Source of the DNA: Selaginella moellendorffii | Taxonomy: Eukaryota > Plantae > Lycopodiophyta | Length of the DNA: 64,000 nt | Direction: 5' to 3' | Assembly (NCBI RefSeq): GCF_000143415.4 | Contig: NW_003314367.1 | Location: 372,001 to 436,000 of the forward strand | Shown here: positions 59,871 to 64,000 of the stretch, piece by piece | Position numbering within the stretch: the first letter of the stretch is position 1 | Layout: every line of letters begins with the position of its first letter | The notes under the pieces: generated by a model | What the model saw: only the letters and a program-made list of their open reading frames with translations | Told to the model about the DNA's origin: nothing | Databases searched by the model: none | Made by a program: the position numbers and the translations under genes

Positions 59871-62800
59871 TCAAGAGACGGTGACTTGGGCCACTCCGTT
59901 CGACGCGAGAGCTGCGACCATCTCTGGAACTGTGACGAAAACAATCACTGGACTCCCCGGAGACGCGGCTTGAGCAGCAGCAGCGATCTTGCCTGAGGAC
60001 GAGGACGAAACCGGCACCACCATCACGCTCTCCAGCCCCAGCTGCGCCTTGATCAGCTCCAAGTTCTCCTCAAACACCCACCGCTCGTCGAATGGCAGCC
60101 GCAGCTCCAGTGCCTGGGGCCCAACCGACAGCGTCTCGTCCTTCTTAAACTTGACGAACGGCATGCACTTCTTCTGGATCTGTTTGAAGTCCCCGGACTG
60201 TCCCACCGAGCTCTCGCGCAGCCGGGACAAGATCTCCACGTCCGAAGTGAAAGTCTTGCTGCCGCTGTCATAGCACGACTGGAGAATCTTCAGGGACTCC
60301 TCCTTCCAGCCTTCGTACTTCTCGGCTACGTAGATCAAGCCCGCCAGTGGAGCCGCCGGAGGCACTGCTGCCTGTCCCTTCTTGGCCTTCTTCGAGGCGG
60401 CCAGGTGCTTTTGCAAGGCCTTCCGGAAGTCGGCAAGGATGGATTGGAAAAACTTGTTGGCTCTCTGGAGGGTCAAGTCGGGAGTTCCTGAGGCTGGCCA
60501 GCCTGCCGTCACTGCAAATCCTTCCTGGTGAAAGATCTCCGATCGGACGTATTCGGCGTAGTGCGGACAAATTGGAGTCAGTAGCCGCGTCTGGACGTCT
60601 GCAAACCTGAAGATCAAGTCCCTGTTCATGCCCAAGGAGGAGCACGCCAGCCGGTACTCGTCCCTGGCGATCTGGAGATCGTAGAAACCCGACTTGAGCG
60701 CCTCACGGAACATCAGAGCCTTGTAGTTCCTCTCCGTCTGGTTGATAGCAATGTTGATCTCGTTCTCGAATACGCGGTCTGCGAATGTAGTGGGGGATCC
60801 CTTCCTCAGATCCTTTTCAGCAGCAATGACCTCGTCGCTCATCCAGGCCATCTCCTTGGTCAGGCGCAGGATGGCCGAGTTTGCTGTCAGCTTGACGAAG
60901 TTTGCATCGTCGACCGAGTCTCCAGCGTCCGCCAGGCCAAACCTCGTTGCATCTGCCGAGAAGTCACTTACAGCGTCCCGAATGGTGAGGAAGTTCCCTG
61001 TCGATTTGGCCATCTTCTCCCCGTTGAGCAGCAGGAAACCATTGCACCGGAACGAACGAGGCCACCTCTCCTCCGGGAACATGGCGGTGTGATTGTAGAT
61101 GCTAAAAGTCAGGTGGTTCTGGATGAGATCCTTCCCAGAGACGCGCAAGTCGAACGGATACCAGTAATCAAACTCCTTCTTCATCCTCTTCAGAGTTTCA
61201 ACCGGAATCTCGCTCTCTGGAAGAGGTCCCATGCCAAATACGAAGTCCCAGACATTCCTCGTCATCTGATTGGGCTTCACAGCATGATCACCTTTGCCAT
61301 ACAAGTCCCCCTCCTGTAAGATATGTGCCAGCGTGTAGTACGCCATGTAGATGGTGGAATCCGACAGCGACTCGATCAAAAAGTCCTGGTCCCAAGGAAA
61401 CTTTGTACCCAGCCCGAAAGAACGCGAGCAGGCCCATTGGTTCAGCCATCCAAGAGCGTGCTCGAACAAGCGCCTCGTTTCGTCGCTGTAGAGCTCCATC
61501 TGCGTCAGGCATTTTTCCGCCTGTGACTTCCATTCCTCCTCGGCATACTGTAAGTACCACTGGTCCGTCAAGGCCACCACACATTCGTCTCCTGACCTCG
61601 ATATCACTTTCTTTTCGGGCTCGCTATAGATAACGGCTTGGCCTGATTCCACCAGCAGCTTCTTGATCAGCGGCTTCGCCTCCTGGACTTTCATTCTGGC
61701 ATAGTCACCGACCAGCATCTTCCCGTCTGTGAACCCCTTCAAGTAAGTCATCTTCTTCGCAGCTTCCAGATCATCCCGGTTGTTCTGGCTCTTGATCTTC
61801 ATGCTGATGCAGACCGCTTCCGCCGACTTGTCCCCGAATTCCGGAACGTTGATGATCGGAAGGACTTCGAAAGGTAGCACCCACTCGTCTTGGACGTTAA
61901 ACTTCGCCCGCAGCGCAGGCTTCGACTTCAAATCCGAGAGTGCCATGTAGTCGTCGGGAGAGTCGCTTGGCACACTTGTCACGACGCCAGTACCTTTGTC
62001 CGTCTTGATATTCAGCATCGGCAGCACGTAAACCACCGGATTCTTTGCAAGCGGAGAAACTACCGTCAAACCAATCAAGTCCTGTCCTTTAAGTTCCACC
62101 AGGCACGTTGGTTGCTGCGGGACCCGTGACAAGTTCTGATAAGCCATGTTTAAGGCAGCCCGAGCCGTCACCACGAAAACTTCCGTCGCACTGACTTCAT
62201 ACGCACCGTAATCACCGTCTGCCAGAACCCATGCATTCGTCTGACCGTACATGGTCTCCGGCCTCAAGGTGGCAGCTGCCAAGAAAACCTTCTTCCCTTC
62301 CAAAGGCTTGAGTTTCCCCGTGAAAGGGGGCTGGACCTCCATTTTGATAAGTACGTACTCTTGAGGAGCCACACCCTCGCCGGAAGCTCTATCGTGGTCG
62401 GCACAAGGCTGCCTGTCCAGAGGAGAATAGATGGCATACCTCAAATCCTTGCCCACCTTCTTCTTCTCACGCAAGTGCTCAAACTGCCACCTTACGAAGG
62501 AGTCGTAGTAAGGATTCGCCTCTGTGGTGATGAAAGAGCGTCTCCAGTCACAGCTTAGCCCAAAGAATTTCAAGTCGTTCTTGGCGATGGGCGGAAAGTA
62601 CTCCAGCCAGTAGAGTGGATCCCGAAACTTGGCAATCTCATCGTCTTCCAGACCCAAAGACCTCATGATCGTCCACTGATACTTGGAAGCACCGGACTTT
62701 GCCACAGCCTTGCTTTTCTTGGCCTTGAATTTCACCTCCACTGGAACCTCTTCTTTGTTCGCAACTGGAGCTGGAGCTTCGTCCGTCACCTCGGTAGGAA

Positions 62801-63152
62801 ACACTGGAGGACACCCAAACTCTTCGCTCTCGCGGACCAGCTTATCGGCACAAGCCTTGATCGGCATCCCTGTGCAGTGAAATCCCATTGGCAGCAGCAC
62901 CTTCGTGCCACAAAGCCTCTGGAACGCCGCTAGCTTGGAGAGCGAGAACGCGTGGCCCAAGTGAAGGACCCCATTCATGTACGGGTATGGAAAATTCCCG
63001 AAATATTTCTCACCGGGCTTGGGCGGCTCGTCGCTCGCATCGACCTCAAAGATCTTGGCGTCCTCCCATCGCTTCTGGATAATCTTCTCGATCCCCAGCA
63101 GCTTGTCACGCCGCTCGGTGCTCATCTTCTTCTCGGCGCCATCGCTGGCCAT
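59871..63152 (-). CDS. LARS: Cytosolic leucyl-tRNA synthetase, 1093 aa, no coding introns; 5' UTR intron 63154-63218
   Basis: FPYPYMNGVLHLGH, DWRRSFITT, ATLRPETMYGQTN, GTGVVTSVPSDSPDD (CP1 editing domain), SGKDLIQNHL, KMAKSTGNF. Confidence 0.95.
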   Translation of the reverse strand: MASDGAEKKMSTERRDKLLGIEKIIQKRWEDAKIFEVDASDEPPKPGEKYFGNFPYPYMNGVLHLGHAFSLSKLAAFQRLCGTKVLLPMGFHCTGMPIKACADKLVRESEEFGCPPVFPTEVTDEAPAPVANKEEVPVEVKFKAKKSKAVAKSGASKYQWTIMRSLGLEDDEIAKFRDPLYWLEYFPPIAKNDLKFFGLSCDWRRSFITTEANPYYDSFVRWQFEHLREKKKVGKDLRYAIYSPLDRQPCADHDRASGEGVAPQEYVLIKMEVQPPFTGKLKPLEGKKVFLAAATLRPETMYGQTNAWVLADGDYGAYEVSATEVFVVTARAALNMAYQNLSRVPQQPTCLVELKGQDLIGLTVVSPLAKNPVVYVLPMLNIKTDKGTGVVTSVPSDSPDDYMALSDLKSKPALRAKFNVQDEWVLPFEVLPIINVPEFGDKSAEAVCISMKIKSQNNRDDLEAAKKMTYLKGFTDGKMLVGDYARMKVQEAKPLIKKLLVESGQAVIYSEPEKKVISRSGDECVVALTDQWYLQYAEEEWKSQAEKCLTQMELYSDETRRLFEHALGWLNQWACSRSFGLGTKFPWDQDFLIESLSDSTIYMAYYTLAHILQEGDLYGKGDHAVKPNQMTRNVWDFVFGMGPLPESEIPVETLKRMKKEFDYWYPFDLRVSGKDLIQNHLTFSIYNHTAMFPEERWPRSFRCNGFLLLNGEKMAKSTGNFLTIRDAVSDFSADATRFGLADAGDSVDDANFVKLTANSAILRLTKEMAWMSDEVIAAEKDLRKGSPTTFADRVFENEINIAINQTERNYKALMFREALKSGFYDLQIARDEYRLACSSLGMNRDLIFRFADVQTRLLTPICPHYAEYVRSEIFHQEGFAVTAGWPASGTPDLTLQRANKFFQSILADFRKALQKHLAASKKAKKGQAAVPPAAPLAGLIYVAEKYEGWKEESLKILQSCYDSGSKTFTSDVEILSRLRESSVGQSGDFKQIQKKCMPFVKFKKDETLSVGPQALELRLPFDERWVFEENLELIKAQLGLESVMVVPVSSSSSGKIAAAAQAASPGSPVIVFVTVPEMVAALASNGVAQVTVS

Positions 63153-63464
63153 CCTGGATGGACACAGAAAATGCGACTTAAACCACGGAGGATCTCCTGG
63201 CGAGCAAAGAAAACTTACGTCGCGATGCAGCGAAGGATCCGACGTAGAGAGCCTCCCGTGTTGCCGCTATAGCAGCGCCGCCGCCGCCGCCGCAGCGCAG
63301 TGAAGCTCTCGTTCTCGTAAACCCTAATTCTCACTGGCAATGCACCTAAGGTGGTCAGGGGTTCGATACCCATAACCACTGGCATTCTATCCTACTAGCC
63401 AAAGTCTCTCTGTGGAGATAGAGTCGTCCATAGCCATTGAGCTTGATTAAGCAAACCTAGATGT

Positions 63465-63710
63465 GAAGCAAAGATGGTATTGCTGTGCATGACACAGCCT
63501 TGACGCTGACTGTTCAAGAGGCCGTGGGGCTTCATGATCTTCTAGCCGGTGTGCAGCAGCAGCAAGAAGAACCTACAGTGAGTTATTCTGACAATCAACC
63601 TGCATGCGCGATTCACCACTCTATTCGTGAGCAGATCACAGCAGGAACTTTGGCCTGCACGATGCTTGAAGAAAGAATGCCAGCATGCCACATACTGTAG
63701 AGGGCTTGGA
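63465..63710 (+). mobile_element. Ty1/Copia RNase H relic
   Basis: ALTLTVQEAVGLHDLLAGVQQQQEEPTVSYSDNQPA...HHSIREQITAGTL matches the Copia EAIWL...PTVIYCDNQSA...HFIRE pattern with deletions. Confidence 0.75.
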
Positions 63711-63755
63711 GTTAATGTTCCAGTAAGTGTAACAATGGACCAGGGAAACAAAGTC

Positions 63756-63927
63756 TGGCGTCCTTCCATCGCTTCTGGATAATCTTCTCGACCCCCAGCA
63801 GCTTATCACGCCGCTCGGTGCTCATCTTCTTCTCGGCGCCATCCTGGATCGATGAACAGAGAGACTTAAACCACGGAGGATGTCTCGGAGACCAAGAAAA
63901 CTTACGTCGCGATGCACCGAAGGATCC
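63756..63927 (-). pseudogene. Partial duplicate of the LeuRS 5' end including the 5' UTR intron
   Basis: Matches 63056-63240; the first ATG is removed by a 10-bp deletion between gccatc repeats. Confidence 0.88.
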
Positions 63928-64000
63928 CAGCATAACCAATACCAGAGATAGAGTCATCCATAGCTATTGACGAAGTAATAGCAATTGAGTCATTCAGCCA

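Overview
Eukaryotic land-plant genomic DNA, not prokaryotic. The very short GT-AG introns (about 50-80 bp), intergenic gaps often near 100 bp and the gene set suggest a compact lycophyte genome such as Selaginella (inference). 1-34.6 kb is gene-dense: BRWD/PHIP-like WD40 (partial), XRN3-like exoribonuclease, atypical SDR, HEMC, CER3/WAX2, EMC7, two intronless F-box genes flanking a PP2C pseudogene, an mTERF, two small plastid proteins, SPT6-like with a WG/GW tail, HEMF, a TBC Rab-GAP and an XTH. 35.4-58 kb is a four-level nest of LTR retroelements from three LTR families (A, B, C here), resolved by hand from TG..CA termini, 5-bp TSDs, PBS and PPT. No gag/pol is recognisable between any LTR pair. 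The three families share a promoter-like cassette, families A and B carry fast-evolving repeat arrays, and the youngest complete element carries a 73-nt tRNA-like cloverleaf. 58-64 kb holds a Gypsy integrase relic, a 5'-inverted F-box pseudogene, a cytosolic LeuRS with altered conserved motifs, a Copia RNase H relic and a partial LeuRS duplicate. All homology calls come from remembered motifs; no searches were run. Multi-exon CDS coordinates are start-to-stop spans.
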